From assembly GCF_006345805.1 (NCBI RefSeq), contig NC_043010.1, positions 23,436,001 to 23,500,000 of the forward strand: DNA of 64,000 nucleotides. The letters run 5' to 3'. The position numbers were made by a program, and so were the translations under genes. Shown here piece after piece: positions 1 to 13,164 of the stretch; within the stretch, counting starts at the first letter, position 1, and every line of letters starts with the position of its first letter. The notes below the pieces were generated by a model, which saw nothing but the letters and a program-made list of their open reading frames with translations, did not search any database and was not told the DNA's origin. Source of the stretch: Octopus sinensis. Lineage: Eukaryota.

Positions 1-1190
1 TTTCAAACCCCATAACTGACCGTCTGCTGCTATTTATAGCCGGTTTCCCACACCAGCTGAATGTTCGATAATTCACAGAAACATCTTGATATCCTAGAAA
101 GTTATTCTATCGTAAATACAGGCTTATTTTCTATTCGATATTCGTTATTCATTCCTCATATACCTTGGTCATAACACCATCTGAGTGCTTATTAGCTGTG
201 GAGAATTTTCGAGGTATAACGTTATCGTTTAGACGAACTAAGAGGCTACTTATGGAGTATAATGAAAGTGCATCGTCTTCTGCCCTAGCTGTATTGAGCT
301 TGCGATTATAGGATCCTAGTTTCGATTCGTGTGCCGGCTGATACATTTGACTGGAGGCATTACCTTTCACGTTGCACTAGATTTCTCAATTTAAAATGAG
401 TACCAAGTTAGTGTTTGTGCAATCTGCCCCACCTCTAACTCTCATATCTTTGGTGATCCTCTGTGTGGAGGGCTGGAAGGGTCCAGAGTGTGTCTATATA
501 TGCTTATGAGCAAAGCATCATCACGGCCAGCTATCACAATAACAAAAAAACTAACAGTGCAGCAATGTCACCGAAGCTCCATCAAATGTTGGGGTCAATC
601 ACGCCACCAACAGCCAAACGGTTACTTGACAAACGAAACTACATCTTAAAACAATATACACATAAATACATGTCAGAAGAGACTGTTCCATTTCCCCAAA
701 TTTCTTGTTTGTCCATCTTAATCTCCGTAAACTGACGATACCCAAAACAAGGGAACACACCAAGAAATGGTGGTCGTAGACGGAGAAAACAAACATCAAA
801 ACCAACCATAAAAGTTATTTTGGTTAAATTTTCGGCTTCAGTACTTCGAACAATTACCTGAAAGACTTAGCCTGGCACAGCTACAGCAATATGGAATGAT
901 CATTTTCAGTTCGAGATTATTCCTACAAACACTGAAATGTTATCAGTGCTCTTGTCCTAGTTGTTTCCATAGGGACAAAATCGTTTTACATACCACCGTT
1001 CAGTAGCCGAGCATTGCTCACTTGTGGAATTATGTCAAACGGCTGTTTTTAGTATCTAGGAAAGATCCATCTAACAACGGAGTCCGTCGTTGATCAGTAA
1101 CCAAGAAGAGCTGACACTTTTACGAAGTCTAATAGTAATGACGAAAATTGTTGGAATGTGGGCAAGATGAAAAGAATTGAGGTCAGATAA

Positions 1191-1665
1191 GGGTTCACGT
1201 GGCTATGTGGCAAGAAGCTAGTTTCACAACCATATGGTTCCGGGTTCAATCCCACTGCGTAGCACCTTTGGGAACTGTCTTCTAATTCTGAAGACATACT
1301 CTTCACATTCGCCCATCTTGTAACAAAGTTTCTGGAACGATCACAAAGTTTTGTGAGTGGCAGACGGAAGCTGAAAGAAACCTGCCCTATATAAATAAAT
1401 AAATATATTTATATTTATATATATATATAAACACACACACATACACGCGCGCGCGAGTGTGTGTGTGTGTTTGTCCCCACCAATGCCTGACAACAGGTGT
1501 TGGTGTGTATACGTCCCCATAACTTAGCAGTTCGGTAAAAAAGACCAACAGAATAAGTACCCGGCTTTGAAGAAAATAGATACTAGGTTGATTCATTCGA
1601 CTAAAATTTTTCAAAGTGGTGCACCAGCATGGCCGCTCTCTAGTAAGTGACTCGTAAAAAAAAAG
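1191..1665 (+). mobile_element. tRNA-derived SINE, family A (head + CORE-like block + internal microsatellite + CR1-like tail), diverged full copy
   Basis: A-box-like GTGGCTATGTGG, B-box-like GGTTCAATCCC, CACCTTTGGGAACTGTCTTCTA core, (TA)/(GT) tract, tail GTGGTGCACCAGCATGGCCGC; collinear with the copy at 45975-46300. Confidence 0.75.
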
Positions 1666-1699
1666 AATGAAAAACAAAATATGTACTTTATTCCGCGGT

Positions 1700-2180
1700 T
1701 TAGCTCTCATGTCTCCCTTAAAGTCCAAACTGGAATGGAGGATGAGGATGAAGAGCATAGAGTACTTGGATCCAGAAAATTTACTCCAAGGTAGACGAGC
1801 GTGGAGAGTATGTCTCAGGGTTATCTGCCTGTTTTCATCATGTATGTGTAGATCGAAGAATAAAGCTGCGTGAAAACCTCAATCTTGGCAGTCAGCCTGA
1901 TCCTTATTGAGTCTAATCCTTCATTCGTCTTCGGTAGCCACCACAATTCGCGGACATCTCATTTCATTTCTTTTATGTAACTTATTGTCTTCCATATGTT
2001 TTTTTTAACCGACGTAAAGCTTCACCTTAAAATTTGTATTTCATTCTTGCAATCTTGTCCTCACTTGACACCATTGATGCAAACATTGGATTGGATTGCC
2101 CATGTTCAATCCATTGCAGGACGAAAGCCCCAGCATGTGCTCTCCACCAAACACGGTCTGATGTACAGGTCGTTAATTTG
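1700..2180 (-). mobile_element. Possible heavily decayed RTE LINE remnant
   Basis: Minus-strand translation MMKTGR*P*DIL resembles [12 protein letters not shown] of the intact RTE at 41784-43634; many stops. Confidence 0.3.
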
Positions 2181-2279
2181 AGCTTGAAATCATAATGATT
2201 TGGTGAGCCAATTCTACCAGACTAGCTCAACAGAGTTTGGTGGAGGGGCGCAGTTTATATACTCCTACCCAGGAGTAGT

Positions 2280-2447
2280 TAAGTCAATTATAATGACACC
2301 AGTGTTCAACTGGTACTTATTTTATCGATTCCTAAATAATGAAAGTTGAAGTCGGCCTCAACAGAATTTGAACGCAGAACTTAAGGACGGACGAAATACT
2401 GCTGTGCATATCGTCCGGCGTGCTAAACATTCTGCCAACTAGACGCA
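2280..2447 (-). mobile_element. tRNA-derived SINE, family B (central block reminiscent of the Meta/MESC domain)
   Basis: Minus strand: TTGGCAGAATGTTTAGCACG head, GCGTTCAAATTC B-box, GATAAAATAAGTACCAG block; same family as the cluster at 31950-32885. Domain name is from recall and unverified. Confidence 0.7.
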
Positions 2448-3420
2448 GATAAAACAATAGTTAATTTCATGTTCTACTTTAAACCTTTTGTATCTTTCCC
2501 CAATTTCATTCATGTCATTATGTGTGTGTTTGCATGTGTGTGTATGTATATATATTTATACATGCATGTATATTTATATATGCATGTGTATATATGCATA
2601 TGTGTGTATGTATATATTTATACACACACGTGTGTGCATGTGTGTGTAGGCGCGCGCGCGTACCAGGATATGTAGATCAATATGCGTAGGAGTGAATGAA
2701 GGAAAGGTATGTGTGGGTTTGATAGAAGAGATAGAGAAAAAGTGAGTAGGAGAGAGAGAGAGAGAGAAGCAGGGAAAGCGGGAGTGAGAGTGAGTGAGGA
2801 TGGAAAGAAAGAGACTGAGAGAGGGGGAAAGAGAGAGAACGAGAGGGAACGACGAGAGAGGGTGAATATCAATGCGTGAGTGTTTCAATCAGAGCAAGAG
2901 AGAAGAGTGAGTGTATATGTGCACGTTTATGTGTGTGTGTGTGTTTGTGTGAATTATGAACGTACATATGTGTATTTAAAGAGTCTGTGTGTGTGTGTGT
3001 TAACGAATGTGTGTGTGCACGCATACGAATGTGAGTATATGTGTGTATATGCGCATATAGGTGTGCGCGTCTGTGTGTATGTGTACGTGTGTGTGCACGT
3101 AAATGTAGGTAGATGAACGTATACGCTTTCTAACGTTACCAATATTTCTGTCGATTCCGATTTTACTGTATTTTTTTCAAAATTCATATATTTATGTGTG
3201 TTGTTTTTTTCATCATTCTTTTCATATCATTTTTATTGATTTCTCTTCTAAATTCTTGTTCCACGTGCGTTGAAAATGTTTCTATGCCAGAAACAATTCT
3301 TTCATCCTTCCTTTTCCTTATTTATAATTCTGCAAGTTCATTATCTTCAATGCTTGCAAGCAGAAGAAATGTTCCGTTTGTGCCATCCTTCATCGCGTTT
3401 TGTCATTGATATCACAATAT

Positions 3421-3567
3421 GGCACGGGCGTGGCTGTGTGGTAAGGCGCTTACTGCCTTCCCACAGGGTTGCGGGTTCAGTCCCGTTGCATGACACCTTT
3501 TGCAAGTGCCGTCTACTATAGCTTCTGAGTGAACTTCATAGACGGAAACTGAAAGAAGCCCGTCGTG
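3421..3567 (+). mobile_element. SINE family A, 5' half
   Basis: GGCGTGGCTGTGTGGTAAG...GGGTTCAGTCCC...AGACGGAAACTGAAAGAAGCCCGTCGT, followed by a (TA)n tract. Confidence 0.8.
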
Positions 3568-3715
3568 CATATATATAATTAGTATAATATATATATATAA
3601 TATATATATATATATATAATATAATTATATATAACTATATATAATTACATATATATTATATATATAGTTATATATAATTATATATATATATAATTACATA
3701 TATATTATATATATA

Positions 3716-3750
<35 letters not shown>

Positions 3751-3767
3751 GTGGTTTTGTCTCTAAT

Positions 3768-5948
<2,181 letters not shown>

Positions 5949-7195
5949 TTAGCTGAAGGTGACCCGCTCTACGCGCGGGTAAGATTGCGGTTGTTACTTT
6001 CTGTTGCTTCCTTTCAGCACGTAAAAAGCACCATCCGAACGTGGCCGATTGCAGAGCCGCCTTGACTGGCTTCTGTGCCGGTGGCACGTAAAAAGCACCA
6101 ACCGATCGTGGCCGCTGCGAGCTCCCCTGGCACCTGTGCCGGCGGCACGAAAAAGGCACCCACTACACTCACAGAGTGGTTGGTGTTAGGAAGGGCATCC
6201 ACCTGTAGAAACACTCCCAGATCAGACTGGAGCCTGGTGCAGCCTCCTGGCTTCCCAGACCCCGGTCAAACTGTCCAACCTGTGCTAGCACGGAAAACGG
6301 ACGTTAAACGATGATGATGATGATTCTCCCTCTTTGTTTCTCTCTCCTTTCTCTCTCACTTTCCCCACTCTCTTACCCTTCCTTTCTCTCGGACTCTCCC
6401 TCGCTTTCTCTTACTCTCTATCTTTATCTATCTCTCCCCCATGTATAAGCAACAAAAGATGTTGAGTAAGTTGAGAAATAAAATATTTAGAAAGATCAAT
6501 CATAAATAACAGGCAGTGGCAACGGAAAGGTCTGCTTCAGGATAGACAGCTAAACGCTAACATTTAAAAGGGACAGACGAACTTGCGAGCTGAATAAAAA
6601 TAATATAATATTGGAAATCAAAGTTTGAAGGGATAGAATCTGAGGATAGTAGAGTCACCATGGCTGGCATTTCTTAACGACGGACATCAACGTTTTGACA
6701 GTTTAACGGCTGGCGTAAAATTTTGAACTTGATGTAAAAGAAAATTCGTAAACACCAAGTTTTGAAGTGATTCTTTCTCACGACAGTAGACTCACCATGG
6801 CAAGCATTCAAAACTTCTTCATCATGGATGGCAACACATTGACGATTAAAAGGCTGGCGCAAATTTTTTTACTTGATGTAACAGAGAATTCCTAAACACT
6901 CGCTCCTTTAAATTTTAATCCCCTTCCAGCCCCATTTAGACCCCTTTTCACATTTTGGTCAATATAACCCGATTTCATTCGGGTGTACTGGGGCCACATT
7001 TTATAAGATGAAGAATTTTGTGAGTTTTTGGCCCTAGCAAAGACACCTTTTAAGATAGGGATTTCTAAGGTAGCCCACGGGCATCGTCACCTCATTTTAC
7101 ATGTCCCTGTAAATTTTGGAGTGAATTCGACGGGATGTAGTGGCTTTGAAAGCGATCCAAGCGATAAAAACGCATTTCAGTTTTATATATAGAGA
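5949..7195 (-). mobile_element. Non-autonomous Helitron, copy 2 (1247 bp)
   Basis: 5' A|TCTC at 7195, same 3' hairpin, ends CTAA directly fused to the TC of copy 1; high identity to copy 1. Confidence 0.85.
6018..6324 (+). mobile_element. SINE-like 3' segment, family C, nested in Helitron copy 2
   Basis: Near-identical to 3930-4236. Confidence 0.65.
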
Positions 7196-7251
7196 TTATT
7201 TGGAAATGGATGCGTCGCGTTCAATTAAATAATAGACAATAAATAATATAA

Positions 7252-7390
7252 AGTGGTGGTATGTTGAGACCTTAATGTAACAGTCCTATGAAAGGGAAGA
7301 ATGCTACTACTCTTTAGCCTAGGGCTAAATAGCAGTAGTATTCTTCCCTTTCATGGGACTGTCACATAAAGGTCTCAACATACCGCCACT
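7252..7390. repeat. 139-bp fold-back palindrome (MITE-like)
   Basis: Two 68-nt arms, 61/68 complementary, 3-nt loop TAG at 7320-7322. Confidence 0.85.
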
Positions 7391-7642
7391 CAATCGTACT
7401 ACTACTGTATAAATTTGAAAGATTTAGAAATGTATTATTTATATAAAAAAATAATATATAATATATATATATATAGGTATATATACACACACAGACATAC
7501 ATAGATGTATGGGTACCGAACGCTACCAACGATGCGAATAATATGAAATACACGCTCTTCAACAGAAAGGATTGCGAGAAAATAAACAGAGAGAGAATAA
7601 AAGAGAGAAAATATAAAAAAGCTTTAGAGGTTGGCGATCAAT

Positions 7643-7696
<54 letters not shown>

Positions 7697-7744
7697 ATAT
7701 TATTTATCATTTATTATATGTGTGTGTGCGTGGACATGTGTTAT

Positions 7745-7922
7745 TGTGTCTTTATCCCCTTCTTCCGCTTGACCACCGGTGTTAGTGTGTTTACGTCACG
7801 TAACTAAGTAGTTCAACAAAAGAGACCCAAAGAATAAGTACCAGCATTAAGATAATAAATACTTGAACCGATTCGTTCGTCTAGAAATTCTTCAATGCGT
7901 TGCTCCAGCATGGTCCTCAATC
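7745..7922 (+). mobile_element. SINE family A, 3' half
   Basis: CGCTTGACCACCGGTGTTAGTGTGTTTACGTC...AATAAGTACC...GCTCCAGCATGG. Confidence 0.7.
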
Positions 7923-8592
7923 TAATAATAAACGATATAAACGCAGGAACTTGGCTGACTTTCTTCAGAATTAATGTCAATAATTCCATTGTAACAGGTG
8001 GTCATAGTCATAAACAAAATGTTGATATGTTCACTTCGCAACCATAAGTACTTAGATTCGAAACCACTGTTTGGTACTTTGCGCAAGAGTCTCGAGTCCA
8101 CCCAAGTCTTATGGATGTAAATTGGGTAAATGGAAGGAAACTGTGTGATGCTCATCGATAGGAATGCCATATATTGTATCACGCTGATTGTACCAGGAAA
8201 TTATACGTGTCAACGGAACAGCCAGCCTTTTGCAAGTCAATTTAGCTTCTAGGTTGTCTTCATTTGATCGATATAGCTGAATGCTCCTTGCTGAAAATCA
8301 ACAAAGGACTAATTGTTTTTTAAAATATCTTGTCATGTAGCCCTAGGTAAGCTCTGAATCATCAATACATATGATCAGAAGTGTGCCAAATCCGATTAAA
8401 ACCGTAGATCCGATTCAGGAATGGTTCGAGGTGCGGTGTGTTATTCTTTGTTTACCTACGCCGTACCTAGAGCCACCAATTCCGAGTGGGAGCTACGGTT
8501 GGAATTGGATTTGTTACTTACATATATGCAGTAGATATACATGTATGCGTGTGTGTGTTGTGTGTGTGTGTGTGTCTGTGTGTGCGTGTGTC

Positions 8593-8623
<31 letters not shown>

Positions 8624-9133
8624 GTGTGTGTGTGTGTGTATGTGTGTGTGTGGAAAGAGAGAGAAAGAGATTGAGATACCGATTTTCAAATACCATAAAT
8701 ATAGTTTTGATTAGTTAAGATCATCTCATCAGGAGGATATATCATAATTAGAAAATGTCAATTGAGACCAACTCCATTTGAGGAGGAGAGATAATCTGAA
8801 GATTAAAAAATTCTCCAAAGCTGACATTTCATAAAGAGAAAGACCAGGATTATTCTTGACTGAATCAAAAATGGCACCGCATATACCATCTCTCGACTCT
8901 GAAGAAGAGTATGATTGTGTCGAAGAATTTTCAAAGATGTAAGGCGTCACCTGATTCATAAGAAAATATCGATTCGGCGTCTCGAAAGACTTGACTGGTT
9001 ATGACTTACACAAGCATTGGTCGATATATATATACGTACATAAATAGATATAGATATATATGTACACCCGCGCACACACATATACGCACACGCACAACAC
9101 GCGCGCATATATGTATGTGTGTGTTTATATATA

Positions 9134-9166
<33 letters not shown>

Positions 9167-9199
9167 GTGTGTGTGTGTGTGTGTGTCAGGTCACTTTCG

Positions 9200-9545
9200 T
9201 GTGTTACTGGTATAACCTGTTGCATGGTCGGGCCGTCGGCGTCTAAATCGGCAACTCCACCAAGCTTGCTTGCTGAGGAGGGTTTTTATTGGACATCCTG
9301 CGGCATGAAAAACAAAACCCATCAAAGAGCGGAGGAACTCTTGAGAGTCAACGGCTATCCAATAAATGTCTTAAGGCTGTATCCTGCGCGGGAACATAGA
9401 AATAATCGGACTGAATACCCGATTGCGCGGTTAAACCATTGGGAGTGAAGCACTCCTAGGGCATCCTTCTAAGAGAAGGTAACTCAGGTAACTGGGATAA
9501 CTCCGACATAAAACCTGCCGCTCAGTGGTTTCCGATGATGTTGAC
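9200..9545 (+). mobile_element. GC-richer structured segment, possibly an RTE-type 5' UTR fragment
   Basis: Several hairpins (AATCGG/CCGATT, GGGAGTG/CACTCCT, CCTTCT/AGAAGG followed by TAACTC); assignment rests on recalled RTE 5' UTR motifs only. Confidence 0.3.
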
Positions 9546-9802
9546 TTTTCGGATTATGGCTGCCGTTGCTTAGTGAGTGGGATTGACACGGTGCACAGCC
9601 TTTCCTCACTTAAAAAAAAATCTTCTTGCACAGGCATTGCACGATAGCAACATTGTTCATGATTGTTGATAGTGCCGTGAGTCTCATCTGAATAGCTGGC
9701 TGTAGCTTTAAAAAGCAAATAAAAGCCACATTCGATCTCAGCACCAATAACAGTTAAGCTTCGTGTAATGGCCATACTCGATAACGAGAGCAGCCAGCAC
9801 AT

Positions 9803-9873
<71 letters not shown>

Positions 9874-10014
9874 TCATATGTCTGTAGGTATGCATGTATC
9901 TATGTACATGTATGTGGTATATATATGTATAGCTCTTATCTATGTACATTTACATATATATACATGCATATACATCAATCTTGGTCTCTCTTTCTTTCTT
10001 TCTCTATCTAAAAG

Positions 10015-10047
<33 letters not shown>

Positions 10048-10097
10048 TAGTATATATATATATATCTGTATACGTGTGTGGATGCATGTATATGTAC

Positions 10098-10138
<41 letters not shown>

Positions 10139-10139
10139 C

Positions 10140-11073
10140 ATACATACCAGCCAATATATAAACACAAAAACCGGGAAAATATTCACAAACGCGAATATGA
10201 ACTGCAAAAGCAGAAATTTAATTTACTGCATCAAATGTCCAAATTGTGAAAAAATATATGTAGGTCAGACGGGAAATGCACTATCAGAACGCTCACGTGT
10301 ACACCGGCAACAGATTAGAGACCCAGAGGTCCATCAGATACCTTTGAGTAACCACCTAGCAACATGTGGCCGGAAAATATATATATTTCCATTCTACAAA
10401 TTACACAGCCCAAGTGAAATCGAGAGGAAAATCAGAGAAAAGAATGTTATTGATAAATTCGAACCCAAGCTAAAAAGGAATAATAATAATACTTATAGCA
10501 GGAAATTATCTTATTTAGGGTTAAAGTTCTATTGCCACCACCATCACCACTAGCAACAATAATTAAGGTGCTGACAATGATGATGATGACAATTGAAATA
10601 TAAAAATACAAAAATCTCTGACAAAGGCTATTTACAACATTTCTAAAAATAGCCCAACAATTGCTGCTTCGACCAGGGTCAAGATACAGAACTCTTGAAG
10701 TGTCCAACAAAGCGTGACGCCTAAACCAATCAGCTCAACCAACCAATCAGCTTAAGTAATTGAGTGATACTACACACTGATTGGTCAGAATACAGTTTGC
10801 AAAACTTAGCATCTGGAGCCTACACAGCTGTATTTAAAGCACAGATTCAATCATCTCGCTACAGTCGAAAATTGTGAAGCATGACTGTCACCACTACTAC
10901 ATGAACCTGAAGATTGCAGAATTTAATGCATGAAAGTACTAGTTCAATCAGAATGAACATTTAACATTCTACTACTTTATTTTATTCTATTATAATATAT
11001 TATCTTATAATATATCATTATAAGATTGTAAATAAAACGTTAAAATCAGACAAGGTTGGAATTCCTTTTATTA
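10140..11073 (+). mobile_element. Penelope-like element 3' fragment: GIY-YIG endonuclease + pseudo-LTR
   Basis: ORF 10197: NLIYCIKCPNCEKIYVGQTG...RVHRQQI...IFPF...REK; both ends abut (TA)n; HHR motif downstream. Confidence 0.85.
10902..10946 (+). ncRNA. Minimal type I hammerhead ribozyme (Penelope pLTR)
   Basis: TGAAC-CTGAAGA-T-TGCA[GAATTTAA]TGCA-T-GAAA-GTAC-TA-GTTCA: stem I 5 bp, palindromic stem III AGTACT, CUA site, U.U at base of stem II. Confidence 0.7.
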
Positions 11074-11094
11074 ATATATATATATATATATATC

Positions 11095-11503
11095 TTTCTC
11101 GTTTTCTCTTTTACTTGTTTCAGTCATTTGACTGCGGCCATGCTGGAACACCGCCTTTTAATCGAGCAACTCGACCCCGGGACTTATTCTTTTTAACCCT
11201 AGTACTTATTCTATCGGTCTATTTTGCCGAGCCGCTAAGTGACGGGGACATAAGCACACCAGCATCGGTTGTCAAGCAATGCTAGGGGGACAAACGCAAA
11301 CATACACGCACACACATATATACATATATATACATATATACGACTGGCTTCTTTCAGTTTCCGTCTACCAAATCCACTCACAAGGCTTTGGTCGGCCCGA
11401 GGCTATAGCAGAAGACACTTGCCCAAGGTGCCACGCAGTGGGACTGAACCCGGAACCATGTGGTTGGTAAACAAGCTACTTACCACACAGCCACTCATGC
11501 GCC
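11095..11503 (-). mobile_element. SINE family A, full copy
   Basis: Reverse complement of 45975-46300 architecture, including (AAAAGAG) tail. Confidence 0.9.
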
Positions 11504-11528
11504 TATATATATATATATATATATATAT

Positions 11529-11587
<59 letters not shown>

Positions 11588-11796
11588 GAGAGAGATTTTC
11601 TTTAAGTATTAGAAATAGTTTTTAAAAAGTTTTTTTGGCTACTATTTCTAATGAGTTCAGTATGTGGCAAAGTAATTTATTTTACTAAGCCCTTTTATAT
11701 AATGTAATAATTTGAATTCGCCTTAAATGGTCCCTTTACATACTGAATACTTGGTGAAATTGATTAATAATTAATTAATTTTACCCTCAATTGTTG

Positions 11797-11829
<33 letters not shown>

Positions 11830-11979
11830 AATTAAGGACTGCACACGAAAAGTGGACAGTCAACATGCTAGATATAGACGTCAAATCGCCATTCTCCACA
11901 AAAAAGTTTATGTTCTCAGATCAAACTCAACAAAACCAAAGTAATAAACAAGTGAAAAATATACGAAATAAATATTTAC

Positions 11980-12044
11980 CCATGTACTAAATTTAGTTTC
12001 AGCTGTTATTTTCCGCAAGGAAAAGTGCAGCATCATCAGCATGG
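11980..12044 (-). ncRNA. Type I hammerhead ribozyme in a solitary pLTR-like fragment (~11827-12062)
   Basis: Minus: CCATG-CTGATGA-T-GCTG-CAC-TTTTCC[TTGC]GGAAAA-TAA-CAGC-T-GAAA-CTAAATTTAG-TA-CATGG; intact core, 12-nt palindrome ACTAAATTTAGT, GUA site. Confidence 0.85.
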
Positions 12045-12058
12045 TCCCATATAAAATG

Positions 12059-12098
<40 letters not shown>

Positions 12099-12923
12099 CA
12101 TATACATAAGTAGCAATATATATATAGTTATGTTTATAAATATTAGCGTGTGGTTTTGAGTATATATATATATATTTACATACATACGTAGGTATAAAAG
12201 TCTGTATGAGTCTGTGCATGTATTTATTTAGTCATTGCAATGTGTATCTTGGTCGAATACACTGCAAAAATACTCTGCAAAAAGCAAAACAAGAGAAAAA
12301 GCAGTCAGTGAACTAAAGGTCTTTATGCAGCTGTAACGACTCAAGTCTAAAAGAGATACAGATTTAGTGTAACAAATAGAATATGATAAAAAAAGAATGT
12401 AAATAAACCTCAAACCAATATGGAAGGTATAAAAAGAACACACGAGAATATAGAACATTTGAGGTTGGCTGGCTGCTCGGTCGGTCGGTTGGCTTAAAGC
12501 AAACACAAAAACAACAGGTATTTGTGTTTCTAAGTTTGGGAAGATAATGTCTCGTTATTCCAGAAATAGGTGCAGAAATGGGGAAGAAAATTATGAATGA
12601 GGGAGTTACTGAAAACGAAATGTGGAGTGGGGGAGCTCTTTAGATACAAATAATCAAGCAATGATATAAAAGTTAATATGTAAAAAAAAAAATAATTAGA
12701 AGTAGAAATAGGAATATATAAATAAATAAATAAACAATGGTGTATTCCCCTGCCGCCCTGATAAAATGTAACTGCATAAATTTCTTCAGAAAGGGGGAGA
12801 GAACAATGAAAAATATCCCCCCAAAACCCTTAAAAATAATTCTACTATAAGCATAAATAGTGCATACACACACGCACGCACACGTATATGTATGTATGTA
12901 TGTATTCATAATAATATATATAT

Positions 12924-12968
<45 letters not shown>

Positions 12969-12977
12969 TATATATAT

Positions 12978-13011
<34 letters not shown>

Positions 13012-13098
13012 ACATATATATATTATACAATATATATATATTTATAGTATACACACACACACATATATATATATAATATATATATTATACATACACAC

Positions 13099-13160
<62 letters not shown>

Positions 13161-13164
<4 letters not shown>

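Noticed and set aside
3110-3415. Protein-like minus-strand reading (MKDGTNGTFLLLASIEDNELAEL*IRKRKDE...)
   Set aside because: Internal stop, short, no recognisable family.
9200-9340. Possible HDV-like ribozyme in the RTE 5'-UTR-like segment
   Set aside because: Manual attempts could not place P1, P1.1, P2 and P3 consistently; an RNAMotif or Infernal HDV search would settle it.
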